This document shows, piece by piece, positions 13,374-27,148 of a stretch of DNA of 64,000 nt. Every line of letters begins with the position of its first letter. Positions within the stretch are counted from its first letter, which is position 1. The DNA is from Camelus dromedarius (taxonomy: Eukaryota), in assembly GCF_036321535.1 (NCBI RefSeq), contig NC_087436.1, positions 44,890,001 to 44,954,000 of the forward strand, written 5' to 3'. The notes under the pieces were generated by a model that made no database searches, was not told the origin of the DNA, and saw only the letters and a list, made by a program, of their open reading frames with translations. The position numbers and the translations under genes were made by a program.

Positions 13374-13700
13374 TGTATCAGTGAACTCAGGTTAAATAAT
13401 ACTGTGATAACAAAAAACCTAAAAAAACTCAGTGATTTATGGGTTATTTTTCGCTCACATTACATGTCCATTTGCGGTCAAAAATGACATCTCTCTCCAC
13501 GTTTCTTTGTTCCCTACCTGAAGGGATTTTTCTTAGGGCAAATGGAAAAGATAGCGAGGAGGAACCACAGAAGGACTCTTAAAACCTTTGTTTAGAAATG
13601 TCACGTAATTTCCACTTACTGTTTTCCTTGGCCGAGGGACATGGGGGCTGACAAGTAGAGTCTTCCTATAGGAAGAGACAGCACAGTGATTTTTTAGAAA
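13374..13700. mobile_element. MLT1-family (ERVL-MaLR) solo LTR fragment
   Basis: tgtatcagt...ctgtgataacaaa...ctcagtgattta...ttatttttcgctcacattacatgtcca...ctcttaaaac...agaaatgtcac...ttggcc; old MLT1-like pattern. Confidence 0.65.
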
Positions 13701-16404
13701 TGTTCCGTATTTTTAATATTAAAAAAGCTAACGTCCACTTATCAGACACAAAATACCTAGCTGCAATGATTTCAGGAGATTATAGGATCCCTGAAAGCCC
13801 CAAGGAGGACTCCCACTCCAGGTGTAAGGCAGGGAAGGAGGGCAGCTGCGACTCTCCTGCTGAGAGGAACCGTGCTGGGAGCACACGGGATTGATAGGAT
13901 GTATGTGATTGCCCTTCATTTTTCTCTATTTACTTATTCCTGGGCTGTTTGCCTCTCGCTTGCAATCAGAGCCTATGTGGACATTAGGTGATCCAGCTCC
14001 TGACCCACTTCCGGCTTAGCACAGCGTTCTGGCAATCACACATTTCCAGCCATCAGCTCTCTCACCAATTCTGTCCAAGTCCTTTAATCCACACCACTCT
14101 GCTCTGCTTAAGGAGTCCCAGGACTGCAGCCTCTGCAGCCTCCAAGCACCTGTACCACATCTGCCCACATTCACTCAGTCCAAATCCCAGACCTGGCGCC
14201 TCGCTTCAAATTGGGCAGATTAATGCCACCATCGTCTACTGCCATCTACCTATAAATAGAATGTGAAGAATTATTAAGCAAATACACTTTGGGTAAATAA
14301 CAAATAAAATCTGAAAACATAGGATCCAAAGGGATGGAAACTAACTTCCTATGTAGTAATAAGTTTAGAAACCACTGTTTCTTGAGTTCATTACAAAGAG
14401 GAGGACTCTATGGACTAGAGGGGTCAGGAAAGGGCCAGATAAGAAACACATGCCCCTGGGCTAAGGAGGATTTAAAAGGATGAAATAGAAACTCAAATCA
14501 TCACGCTTATTTAGCAACTTTCTAAAAATGTAATAAAAATACACATAATTACCTCACAGACAGCACATATACTTGAAATTTTCTTACGTTTACCTATCAC
14601 ATTTATAGATTCAAAGCATCAAACTGTAACCCAGTTAGAATTAATAATACATTGGCATAACTGTAAACCTTATTAGCTTATTACTAGGTTCAAAAAGTCA
14701 AGTTATGAATAACACAAATTAATCTTATGCATCTCATGCATATTCTTAAGAATAAGGAAAGACAGACAGTATATAAATACTGATTCGGTCACATTCTCGG
14801 TATCAAATCTTTATGAAATATGTGACTATTTCTTTGATTATGGCATTGCCAAACTGTTTCGTTTCAGGTTTAGGATGAAACGGCAGCAGTGTGGGTTTTA
14901 GATAAAAGATCCTACCTATTGAGGCTTCAGGCTGCACCCGACACGGGAAGCGGCTCAGAAACAAGAGGTAAATGTGTCCCATTTCTCGCCTTCCCTCTTA
15001 GACCCACGTGGAGGAATGCAAATGCAACGGCACTTTGTGAAAGCTGTATCTGAAGGCAGCATTTCAAACAGCGCATCTTGCTTTTTCCGTGAAAATGGGA
15101 GACCTTGTTTACAATCTCCCTGTTTAGAAGCAAGAATTTTTCCTGCCTAACATATGAGAGCTATTTCACATAATCTTTTCCACCCTGCCTTGGAGGACCC
15201 TCCAGGAATCAGCAATTCAGGTTAGCTGGGGAGTTTTCGTCTTTAGTTATCTTCTTTTCAGATGGGCTGGTCCTGACGTCTCAGCCCCTCGCTGGTTCTA
15301 GCAGTCCTGGGATAACACTGGTCCTGCGTGTTGGGGCTCCTTCCTGCAGGGACGGTGACAGAAGGTACTAAAGTGATATGTGATCAAGGTGCTTAGCTCT
15401 TCAGAGTGTTGTTTCACTTTTCCATGTAGGAATCCCGCCAGGAAAAAAAGTTCAAGCATTGAGCTTACCATCTCCAACCTTGTTTTCAGGGATGAAATGG
15501 AGGGGAAAGGGGATTAATTTTTCATATGAATTAAAGATGACTCTAACAATATGTTTCTGTTCGAGGTTAACAAACAGGAAAAGGCAAGTGATCAAGATGT
15601 TTACTTCAGACTGCTACTTACAGCTACAAGACACTATCATTACAGGCAATCCTTTTTCATGTCAACATCAGTTTAAAATTACTCAGGGTTTTTCAATGAG
15701 GGGTCTAAACTTATGTGAGTTAAAAATGACATCATAAAAGTAGTGACATATTTTTACCATTCAATAACCATCAAAATAATAAGACTAAAATGTCTTCTAA
15801 TCTCCAGCTATTGTTTGCGTAGCTACTAAAGGCAAAAAAAACCCAAAAACCCACATAGTAGACCAATAATTATAAATGTCAAATTAATTTCTGATTAAAA
15901 GTAAAGATTAAATTACGAAGGAAGTCTGTGGTATTTTGCTGAGTACTGATTGGAATAAGGTACAAGTGATTTCTAAAGATTAGCAGAATATTCATTACTG
16001 CCCACTAGTAGTAAATATACATGAATTCACTTAATAATCTATGCTTTGATACAGGGCTGCTTTTCTTTGAGATAACTTACTTGTTAAGCGGCACAAGCAG
16101 AAAAAGATGCCAACAGTGTAATTTTCCATAGTTCACTTAATTTACTGATCTGCAAACACATTTCAATAAAGTTCACCTGAAAGTTCAAAATTATGAAGAG
16201 ATGAACATTTCACATTGTTTATTTAGATAAACAGATATTTTTGTTCTTATTTTCCGTTGCTTTAATTACAATCCTCTGCTGTTGAAAAAAATATTTATCA
16301 CATCAATGGAATATATCCAGTCTCTAAATTCATATGTAAAAATTGCAAAAAGGTAAAACTGTAATATATTCATATCAATAGCTATGTTTCAAGGGTGACA
16401 CTTA

Positions 16405-16900
16405 GATACTGATTAAAAGCTCAGATTTTGGAAGCCAGGGTTCAAATCTTGGCTCTGTAATGTTTTAGACTAGCTTAGTAGTCACCAGCACAGATTTTGA
16501 GAACAGAATGCCTGGGTTTAAAGCCTGGTTCTGTCACTTAACTAGATACGTAATTTGGGAGAGTAACTTAATACTTCTGGATCATGATTTCATTATCTAT
16601 TTTAAAAAGAGAGAGAACAATTACAGTACCTACCTCATAGGATTGTTTGGGGTTTGAATTTGTTGATATATGTTAAGCACTTAGTACCAGGCTTACAATA
16701 AGTGCTATGCAATTGTTTGCTTTATCATTGTAAGTATTATTATTATTATGATTATTAATAGATGACTGACTTTCATCAAAGTTGTTTAACCTCATCAAAT
16801 CTATTTCTTCATCCACAAATGAGATAATAACCGTCTCCAACTAATAGGGTTGTGACAAAGATTGAAAGACAAAATTCGTGTCAAATCCCTGGCAAACTCC
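16405..16900 (+). mobile_element. Two nested MIR SINEs (near-full MIR ~16467-16757 inside an older MIR)
   Basis: gggttcaaatcttggctctg (outer 5' half), inner copy with acagtacctacctcataggattgtt and (tat)n tail, then the outer core resumes (tttaacctc...tcttcatccacaaatgagataataa...tagggttgtg). Confidence 0.75.
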
Positions 16901-17107
16901 AAGGCAAGCAGACAGTACTCAGGATCCACTGGTAGTTTGCAGGGGCTGGTTTGGGGGGTTTCTCACTTCTCTAGTAGAAGGACTATGATGAATTCCCTTG
17001 TAGCAGGACTCTCACTAATTTTCTAACTATCTCTAACTCTCCCTCTCCCTCTCCCCTCACATACAGGAGGGATATTAAGCTAGAAAGGACTGACTACTCT
17101 GCAAAGT

Positions 17108-19104
17108 CAGGCATATCTCATTTTATTGTGCTTCGATTTATTGAACTTTGCAGATAATGTTTTGTTGTTGTTGTTGTTGTTTTTACAAATTGAAGGTTCC
17201 TAGCAACCCTGTGTTGAGCAAGTCTATTGGCACCATTTCCCCAACATCATTTGCTCACTTCATATCTCTGTGCCACACTGGGGTAATTCTTGAAATATTT
17301 CAAACGTTACATCTGTTACGGTGATCTGTGATCAGTGATCTTTGATGTTATAATTATGATTGTTTCAGGGTGCCACAGACTGCACCCACAGAAGACAGCA
17401 AAATTAACTGATAAATTGTGTGTTCTGACTGCCCCACTGTCTTTGGCTGTCCCACTGGCTGCCCCAATGTCAGCCATTCTCTATCTTTTTCCTTCTCCTC
17501 TGGCCTCCCTTTACCCTGAGACACAACAATTTTGAAATTAGGCCAATTAGTAACCCTACGATGGCCTCTAAGTGTCCAAGTGAAAGAAAGAACCACACGA
17601 CTCTCACTTTAAATCAAAAGCTAGGACTGACTCAGCCTAGTGAAGAAGACATATTGAAAGCCAAGATAGGTCAAAAGGTAGGCCCTCTTGCACCAAATGA
17701 ATAGCAAAGTTGTGTATGCAAAGAAAAGGTTCTTGAAGGAAATTTAAAGTGCTACTCCAGTGAACACAGAAATGATAAGAAAGCCAAATAAACTTAATGC
17801 TGATATGGACAAAGTTTTAGCAGTCTGGGTAGAAAACAAAACTAGCCACAACTTTTCCTTAAGCCAGAGCCTAATCCAGAGCAAGAACTTACCTCTCCTC
17901 AATTCTATGAAGGCTGAGAAAGCTGATAAAGTTGCAGAAGAACAGTCTGAAGATTAGTTCATGAGGTTTATGGGAAGAAGCTAAAAGTGCAACATGATGC
18001 ACCAAGTGCTGATGTAGAAGCCGCAGCAAGTTATCCAAAAAAATCTAGCTAAGATCGTTCATGCAGGTGGCCACATTAAACCATAGGTTTTTCAACGTAG
18101 ATGAAACAGCCCTCTATTGAAAAAAGATGTCACCTAGGACTTTCATAGTTAGAGAGGAGAAGTCAGTATCTGGCTTCAAAGCTTGAAAGGACAGGCTGAT
18201 TCTCTTGTTAGGGACTAATGCAGCTGGTGACTATAAGTTGAAGCCAATGCTCATTTACCACTCCGAGGGCCCTTTCCAGTTATGCTAAATCTATTCTGTC
18301 TGTGCTCTATAAATGGAACAACAAAGCCTGGATGACAGTACATCTGTTTACATCATGGTTTACTGAATATTTTAAGACAACTGTTGAGACACACTGCTCA
18401 GGAAAAAAAAAAAAAGATTCTTTTCAAAATACGACTACTCATTGGCAGTGCACCTGGTCACCCAATAGCTCTGACGGAGATGTATAATTAGATTAATGTT
18501 GTTTTCATGTCTGCTAATACAACATCCATTCTACAGCCCATAGAGCCAGGATTAAGTTCAAATTTCGAGTCTTATTATTTAATAAATACATTTCATAAGG
18601 CTCTAGCTGTCATAGATAGTGATTCCACTGATGGAGCTGGGAAAGTCAGTTGGAAAGCTTCTGGAAAGGATTCATCATTCTAGATGACATTAAGGACATT
18701 TGTGATTCACAGGAAGAGGTCAAAATATCTGCATTAACAGGATTTGGAAGAAGTTGATTCCTACCTTCATGGATAACTTTAAGTTTCAAGACTTAAGCAG
18801 AGGAAGTCACTGCAGGTGTGGTGGAAATAGTAGGAGAACCAGAATTAGAAGTGGCTAAAGATGTGACTGAATTGCTGCATCTCATGATAAAACTATAACA
18901 GATGAGGAGTTGCTTCTTACGGATGAGAAAAGAAAGTGCTTTCTTGAGATGGACTCTACTCCTGGTGAAGATGCTGTGAAGATTATTGTAATGACTGCAA
19001 AGGATTTAGACTATTTTATAAATTTAATTGATAAAGCAGCAGCAGAGCTTGAGAGGACTGATTCCAATTTTGAAAGAAGTTTTACGTGGGTAAAATGCTA
19101 TCAA
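17108..19104 (+). mobile_element. Tigger1 DNA transposon (TcMar-Tigger), 3'-truncated, dead transposase
   Basis: Starts with the Tigger1 terminus caggcatatctcattttattgtgcttcg; ORF fragments 17760-17957, 18302-18487 and 18910-19116 match pogo/TIGD1-like transposase ([51 protein letters not shown]) with frameshifts and stops. Confidence 0.93.
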
Positions 19105-19149
19105 AGAGGACATTGATAACAAAACCAACTAGAAAGATGCAAAACTGAC

Positions 19150-19420
19150 TAGAAATCTTAATGTAGACACAGAACCTGGGATGGACTACTGAAAGGCTTT
19201 GAATACAAGTAATACGGGAAATGGTGGTACATCCAACAGAAACTGAGAAATCAAGAATACATTGTGTTCAGAGGAAAATATTCATTTTGATTTTAGAAAG
19301 GCTGAATTTGAGATGATGGCAGAGTATCTAATGATAGGAAGTTAGCGATGCAATGATTGTGTAGAAAAAAAGTCAACGTTGTAAACGAATAGTTGGGAGT
19401 CATGAAATAGTAATTGCTGT
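19150..19420 (-). mobile_element. L2 fragment
   Basis: atggtggtacatccaacagaaactgagaa...ttgattttagaaaggctgaatttgagatg. Confidence 0.5.
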
Positions 19421-20469
19421 AATTCTAAAAAAGAGCTTTCATGATAGACTACCAAATTATATGTCAGATACATCATTCTAAGTGATGTTTATCATTCTGA
19501 GATGAGGGTTAGAAATATTTCCTTATTTGAGTCTATTTTGTTACATCACGTGTACAAAGAGGCACAAAGAGGTATCGTAGAATAATTTCTCCTACGGTTC
19601 TGGCCATGAGACCAGCTTCAAACTTGTCAGTGTCTGGAACCGTGCACATCTATTACAAACCATTTGCTGATAGTCTGGGTTGGAATCAGTCATGTATCAT
19701 AAGCCTTGGAAGTCCATTGCATCCATGCAGACTCTGAACTGCTCTTTAATTTGACTTCCTATGTCTCACTTTCCCTTTAGTGCCACTATCTAATGCAGCT
19801 GGCCATTAACCAGATGTCATTTTACACCCAAGAAATGATCATACTTCACAACTGGCTAAAATGATGTCTATTTAGTTTATACAAAACTCAGAGAAGCTTC
19901 TGAACCAAAGATGCTGGTAAATGCAAGATCATTTTTGGTCACCAAGAATGGTGTAACTTGACTTCAAAGCTAGTACTCAGACCAAAGATAGAATGAAAAA
20001 TTCAGAGAACTGGTGTGGGAGGGAACTACCATTAAATTGAAAGGCATTAGCTCTTGATTTTGACTTGATTCTCAATATTTATATCAAGGGATGCAGCAAA
20101 TCACATTTCTATATTATGTATTTATAAAAACAGATTTTGAGTTTTCCTATTTTAAGAGAAATATTCAAATAAATTTTCCAGCTATGAAAAAATATGTCCT
20201 CTTCCCACATGCTTGTAAAAGAAGTGCTGGGACTTCAGGTTGATATGCTCATTTAAAAGACCACGGCAAAATGGCCAACAATGGCAAACTGCATAATTTC
20301 AATTAGCTTCACAAAATTTCAAGCCCTTTGTTTGAAGTTATTTTTTAGTAAAATCTCGGGTTATTTATATATATAAAATGTATGTAAATATAAATATTTA
20401 TAGTCTCATTAGCTAAAACTAACTCTTATTTTGCAAATCACACTTTCTCTTCATTGTCATTCATTAATT

Positions 20470-20650
20470 TAAATCGGTGGTTCTCAAACGCTAATGTGCC
20501 AGAGAAAAAGTAGAGATATTTCTAAATCCTTAAAAAGCCTTATACAGTGAGTCTGGGCAAACACCCAGGAGTCTGAATTTTCCACAAATATACCAAGTAA
20601 TTCTAAAGCATGCAATCTTCAGACATCTGTTTGAGAGGCTGTCCTAAATG
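20470..20650. mobile_element. MER5-family (hAT-Charlie) MITE
   Basis: cggtggttctcaaac...gtctgggc...ccaggagtctgaattt...ccaagtaattctaa...tttgagaggctg. Confidence 0.6.
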
Positions 20651-20855
20651 ATTCTAGAGATCTGCAAAAACCAGAGGGAGTGATGTAACTACACGGCATT
20701 ATTCACATGAATGGTTACTTTAGAAGGAGCCAAAGCATATCTTCGTAAATACAAATAAATGTTGTAAAAGTCTCATACAGATTTTTCTACCAAATAATAC
20801 AGAGATACAGATCCAACTCAGAGTGCTCTAACGTTGAGACTCCTTGCACTCTTAC

Positions 20856-20941
20856 CTAGGTTTCATATCAATAATAGCCATGAAGAAATAACCTTTTGTG
20901 GTAGAGTTCTTCAGTTCTAGTAGTGTTTGCTGAGCAGTGCT
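20856..20941 (-). other. Candidate 86-nt internal exon
   Basis: Minus strand: tttttgttgttcataacag|AGCACT...CCTAG|gtaaga; one frame open, peptide not recognised. Confidence 0.35.
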
Positions 20942-23007
20942 CTGTTATGAACAACAAAAATACTGTATAATATCAAACCAAGCAAAACAGAATCTCCAGA
21001 GCTGCCCATCCAAAGATACTAAACACTACTTCAGAGCTGAAATTCTTTGAGAAAAGCTGTGTTGGGGGACAGGGGATATTGAGTTGGAGAGGAAAGAAGC
21101 AAGGAGTGTGGTTTTAAGAACTCTCTTCTTTTTTCCCATTTTCCTTCCCATCACTCTGTTAAAAAAAAAATGTAATTCTTTATGGAAAACTTTACAACGT
21201 ACTAAGAGGTGTCCAGGGCCTTCTTTAGGGCTGAAAACTGATGTATAACAGATAAGCCATCTGTCAAGGATGAATATTTAGAAAGCAATTTTTAAGAACT
21301 CTAACATACAAACAATATTTTTGTCAGGTATCGTTATTTTGGAAGACAATTGTTCAGGGCACTTTCTCTAAGCAAGCATGACAAAAGTCTTAAATAGTTT
21401 ATGTGTAATTTTACTGTGAATAATATTAATCTTACAAAATTATTATTGTTTCAATTAAATGCAAGAAAATAGTGCATGAAACTAAATTACCAAGAAAATC
21501 AATTACCAATAAACCGACAGCATATTTGTATTATAATTTGTCCTTTAAATAATCAAATGTTCTTTCATAAGCTTTAGCTTATTTCCCCCAAAGGGTTGAC
21601 ATGGCATTTTGTCTTGTATTTGAAAGCTATCTTTTGCTGTTAATTTGCATTAAACAAACAACAAAAAGACAAGAAAATCAAAGGAAGTACCCCTATATAG
21701 TTCTCCCACACATCTTGAGCTGTGTGAACAAGCAGTTAAAACATGCAAATCCAGTTTGGAGGAAATTTGACATCTCTATTATAGATGAAAGGTAAACAAA
21801 GCAGATGAAGGATTAGTGCAATTCCAAATTTAAGATATTGCTCTCAGTGACTTATAATAAAGTGGTGTTGCATACGGTGGCATGTTTTAGATGACATTTC
21901 AATTGTACGAGCAATTTGCATTCTATCTGACATTAAATAACGTTCTTAGTATTATGAATTCCAGCAGCATCCTCATCTCCACAGCATAAAGATATGAACT
22001 ATGAGGCACATCTTAATGAAGGGAGTAAGTTTTCCTGTCAATCTGAAATGTGAGACAAGGCAGTACCTGGGCTAAACCGCCAGCAACATTATTGTGAGTT
22101 GCCCACTCCTGGCACAGTACAAATCTTCAGCTAAGGCATTCTTCTTATTAAATAAAGATCTATAACTGAACACATGTATCTGTAATATCACTACAATCCA
22201 AAGAAAATTAAAAGACAGATTATGTCCAGGATATTACATGCACCACCACAGAGCACTGCTAGAATCTGGTATGGTCTTGTTGCTAAGATACCTGGCTAAT
22301 GCCACGGAAACGAGCCCCTCTTACTAATCTAGTACAATCCATGCATGCTTCCACATATTTTGGCAGGAGAAAGTAGGAGTCCACTGACAATGTTTTGGGA
22401 TATGACTAGCCAGTGTTCCTGAATTTATACATTTTTTATCTCTTTCTGGTAAGCTTCAACGATCTTAGCGAAATAAGAAATGTAACACTCTGTTAATGGC
22501 ATTTGGTTGCTTTATGCCATTTAAAACAAGTAAGATTACTTTTTATCCTTCTGCATAGTCAATAAAAGTTGCTTAAAAAGGTAATTATTTAAGTGTCTTT
22601 GGTTGTGAAATTGTGGCTCTTCCCAAAATGATTTCCCTTAATCTTTGTGATTTATATTGTTATATGCACATAAATGACTAACTGCCTTTTCTCTCTCTAT
22701 TGCTTTCTTCAAGGAGAATGCAATGTACCCGTTTCCCTGGGTGCATACTGAATAAGAAATCAGGACACCGAAATGAAATAATTTTATCAGAAATTCCTTG
22801 CAAACCTATGAGGCATAAAGCTGCTTTGCAGTACTAAGCGTTTCCAAAGATTTTTTTGTTTTATATATTTAAGAAAAATGTATATTTAGAGAGAAGATTA
22901 AGAGCTGTTTCCTACATGACAATAATGCATAAAATTCCAAAATGAAAAATAAATATTTGCGGCTTCCCTTGTATAGAATGCAAATGTGCTTTCTACCTCC
23001 AGGTGTC

Positions 23008-23012
23008 ATATA

Positions 23013-23043
<31 letters not shown>
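23008..23043. repeat. Compound (TG)n(TA)n microsatellite
   Basis: Read directly. Confidence 0.9.
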
Positions 23044-26000
23044 TTTGGAAACAATCTGCATTTGTTAAAGCAAACTAAGCAAAGCTTCCTACTAAGAAAT
23101 CAAACCTTTTTTTTTTTTTTTAATGTAAGTGTGTTCCTCCTCTATAGTGCAATATGATCTTCAGAGCATCAGTGACGGTAGCTCCATTGAGCTCAAGTTA
23201 TGATAACAATAACTTCTGCAGATGTTCATAGCTGTCAAATATTATTCACTAAAATGTCAGAAGATGTGATAAAAAGTTAAACCAGAAAAATTATTCTAAA
23301 GTAATTGGTTCAAGTCAAGAAGGCAAGGGAAGGTCAAACATTAATCCCTATCCATAAACAGTGAATGAACCATACAGAAATCACAGCCATATTGATTTTT
23401 TAGGAGGAAACAATTGTGCACTGCATTGGTGGACACATGGATAAAGTGGATGCCTTATACATGTACTGGTGTGCAAATTTATAGTTGCATATCAAAGGTG
23501 CTCAGTGATTTAAACAAAAGTTTTTTCTTCAGATTTACTGGATTTTTACTCAGATTTGCTTTCTTATAGAAAGAGACTTAGCCCATCTCTGATGATAATA
23601 AATTATAACCTCGATTACCTTACGTTTACGTTATTCACACTCTTCTGTTTTCCACTCCATGGATTCACAAGGTCATGTGGAAGGGTTATTTGTCCAGAAA
23701 CCATGGGGACTTCATGGATTTAGAATTCTATTTGCAATGTTATGACAATAGCTCATCGTGGTATCCTGCAGTGATTAGTGCTAAAAAGAAATATCACAAC
23801 TATCACTTTGTACCAGAGAACATCTAGAAAATGTATACACATGTTTAGTTTTTTAATTCATGTGCTTCCTATATTTCAAGCCCCTCGGGACCTTGATACA
23901 ATGAAAATGATTTCTAAATTACCGCCTCCGAGCAGTATACAAGGGTAACTGTATTATAAAACAGGAGATTGTCCACGACAAAGAAGAAATAAATCAATAA
24001 CAGGTGCAAGTATCTCAGAAACTGTTACTTCAACATAAATTGTCCCTGTAAGAAGGACAGAAAAATGTTTTTACAAACCTTTTACTTTTTTCAATTCTCA
24101 CTGGAATCCCATGTCAGAAGAGAAAATGGCTGTTTGCTTAGAATAAAGTGTCTTAGCCATCTACGTGGATCTGACAGTAATGGCAAAGGATGGTGCCGAT
24201 CAATACCCATCTTCTTCATTCCTGAAGTAATAACTTTCAATAGGAAAATCTATTTACTTTTACTTACCTTTATTTTATTTCATTTTGCTTTAAAGAAGTT
24301 CATTCCAGAGGGAGGGTTTACCTTGCAAACAGCAGTTAACAAACTGATGATTTAACTAAAGACTCTGGGCCAGGAGGGGAGTTACCATTGCCATACCTGT
24401 GTGTTAATGTTAAGAAGAGACATATTTTGGCGATTCTGAATTTGCTATTCAAATAACAGCCCCTAAAAACCTTTCAAGGCTCACAGCTGCTTATCTGGAA
24501 CATATATCAACCAGGTCAATCAGAAACAAGGGTCAGCATTCGCATTCCTACATGTAGGGCTTCTTGAATATTTCACATTCCACTTGCTGAAGACACTACA
24601 TGCTTCTGTACTGTATGGTAAGTCAAATGTCACTGGGAAAGGATTTAACAAGGAAACCTCAGAATCTTTCTGGGAGAGTTCTGTAGTTTCATACATCGTA
24701 GAAAAACTGTAGTTAGGGCAGACCATGCATTCTATGTCCAGAGCCACAGAAGTGAGGGAGGTTTCACCCCTAACTGTCATAACAAGCATGATTCTAAATT
24801 GTTCTTCAAAATAAAATAGTCAACATATATGAGCATAAGCACTGAAATAAAACATTTTTCAATGTTTGAAACATTTTCTTTTCTTTTTATCGCTTCTATC
24901 TCCCTATCACCCCCATAGCTATTTTGTAATTATGACAGATTTTTATTTTGTTGAGCTAGAATTGGCTTAAAAGTTATGGTTTTTTTGTTTCCTAAACACA
25001 TCTGTTTTACAGATTGTCTTTCTCAAGGGGATGAAAAGTGACATTTGAAATATCAGACATTTAATAACATTTAATGACAATTTTTATCAGTGACTCCATT
25101 AAGTGATTTTAGCCTAATAATTTTTATTTTTGAAACTGTAATTAAAAGTCACTGCAATTTAATATGTATAAAAGTTAATGTAATTGTCTTTCTAGAATTC
25201 TGGAATTGAAATCATGAAAAACAAATTTTTTAATCAACATTTAGACTATAATTTTTCCTTTATTTTCTCTACATCAAAAAAAGAAATTAAAAAATTATTC
25301 ATATACCTATGCACACACAGTGATTTCAGACCAACTATGAATATTAGATAACCTTTTGATACTAGAAATGGTTGCTCAAAAACATTGATATTAATATCAA
25401 TAGCAACTTAGTTTTTAAATTACAGGAATGAACTAAATAAATAGCAACCTGAGACTACTAATTCTCATTGTGAATTTTTAATTAATAATTGGTAATTCAT
25501 TTTAAATCAAAAGGAGTAATAAAAACCCATTTCTGAATTCTAGGTTCACACATAAATCTCAGAACACTCACTGTGTATATTTGTAACTAAGAAAGGAGCT
25601 CATTGGTATTAAATCCTGCTTAAATCAACTGCAAGATGGGAAATAAATTAGAGGCAGTACTCTCCTTAGAATTTCTAAGAAAACATATATTAACATAGAG
25701 GTAATATAGCAGGAGAATTAATTGCAAATAAAGCAAAATATACAGAGTGATAAAGATGAATTACATTTCACTTCTAATATCTAAGCATTCACTACTCAGA
25801 GGATGTCAGCAAAGGGAAAAAATGCACGTATGCTTTACTCATTTTATATTTGCACCAGACGTAGAGGATCACGTTTTTACTTGAAGGTGATCAGGCTTTC
25901 ACTCTGATGAACTTCTCTGTAAGCGTTTTCATGTGTGTGCACGTGTACCGGGAAAATAATACACGAGAAAGCTTCGTATATTGTTGAAACACAAAGGACA

Positions 26001-27148
26001 GATATTCCATTTAAGTAGAGCCTCCAATAAATCTAAAGAAAAGCCATTGACAATTTTATAAAAAAAATAGTTTCACTTGTTAAAAGGCACCAGGGGATTA
26101 GAACAAATATTCAAGGTCTTAAAGGTTTTAGAAAGCTTTTTGTTGTTGTTGCCATTCTCAATGACGGTAATTTTTATTCATTGGTTTGTACTTGCAACAT
26201 ATTTTGTTGTACAATTTCATCCACTATTTCATGTTGTATAGATTGACATGAAACTGGATATTCTACACCCCTCCAAAAGTAACTACATTTATTTTAGGAA
26301 GGTGACTACCTATAGTAAATATATAATATACATAATTAAATAGATGCACTTTAAGGAAGTCTTTTGATAGGATTAGTCCTGTAAGCAATAGGCATCATTG
26401 AAAATATAAACAAATATTTGGGAAAGAGGTAAAGTTTAAGAAATAATACATTTAAATCTCAAATTTAAAGCGTGTAATTGCTGTTACTCATCCCTCAAAC
26501 TATACTCATTTTAATATTCCAATTAAACCTGAGTATCTGCAAACACAATTGTGTTCCCAATAGGTATTCAATATGTATTTGGGGAGTGAGAAAAGAAAAG
26601 GTAGCTGGGGACTTAATATTCTCAGCTCAGAGGCCTATGAAGAGGCAAATATGTTCCTCTCACTTATTCGTTTGGTTTTCTAAAATCAAGACTCTTAAAG
26701 TCTTGAATAGTTTGATGACTATACGATTAAGAAGAAACTCAGTACCAATATGTTAAATGCACTGCCTTTGTGAGTTAGTTTTCATTTTCCCCTGTGAAGA
26801 ACGGTAGATTACGCGATGGGAACAGCGTACCAGGCTGAGGCCTGCAAGAGGAGGCAAGACAAAGACACTCACACAGGCCACGACTTCTGCACACGTTCCA
26901 CAAAATGCAGATTCAGAAGATGATCCTTTCTTTTGAGAAATTACATTAAAATGTTCTCAGTGGGAAGCTATTACACAGGAAGCTTCAGATCACCATTTTT
27001 AAATAAATGATAAAAAATAAAACCCTCTGTCTTTTAAAATAGCCATTAAAAATAAATATTTAGGGGAGTCTAGAAAGCTGTTCCTATCATAAAGCTACAG
27101 AGCCCATAAAAGAAGATCAATAAATATTTATTTCTGATATATTTGTTT

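Noticed and set aside
17760..19116. TIGD1-like transposase ORFs as a domesticated gene
   Set aside because: Fragmented by stops and frameshifts; an ordinary dead Tigger1 copy
24520..24789. 89-aa minus-strand ORF
   Set aside because: No recognisable protein and no convincing flanking splice sites
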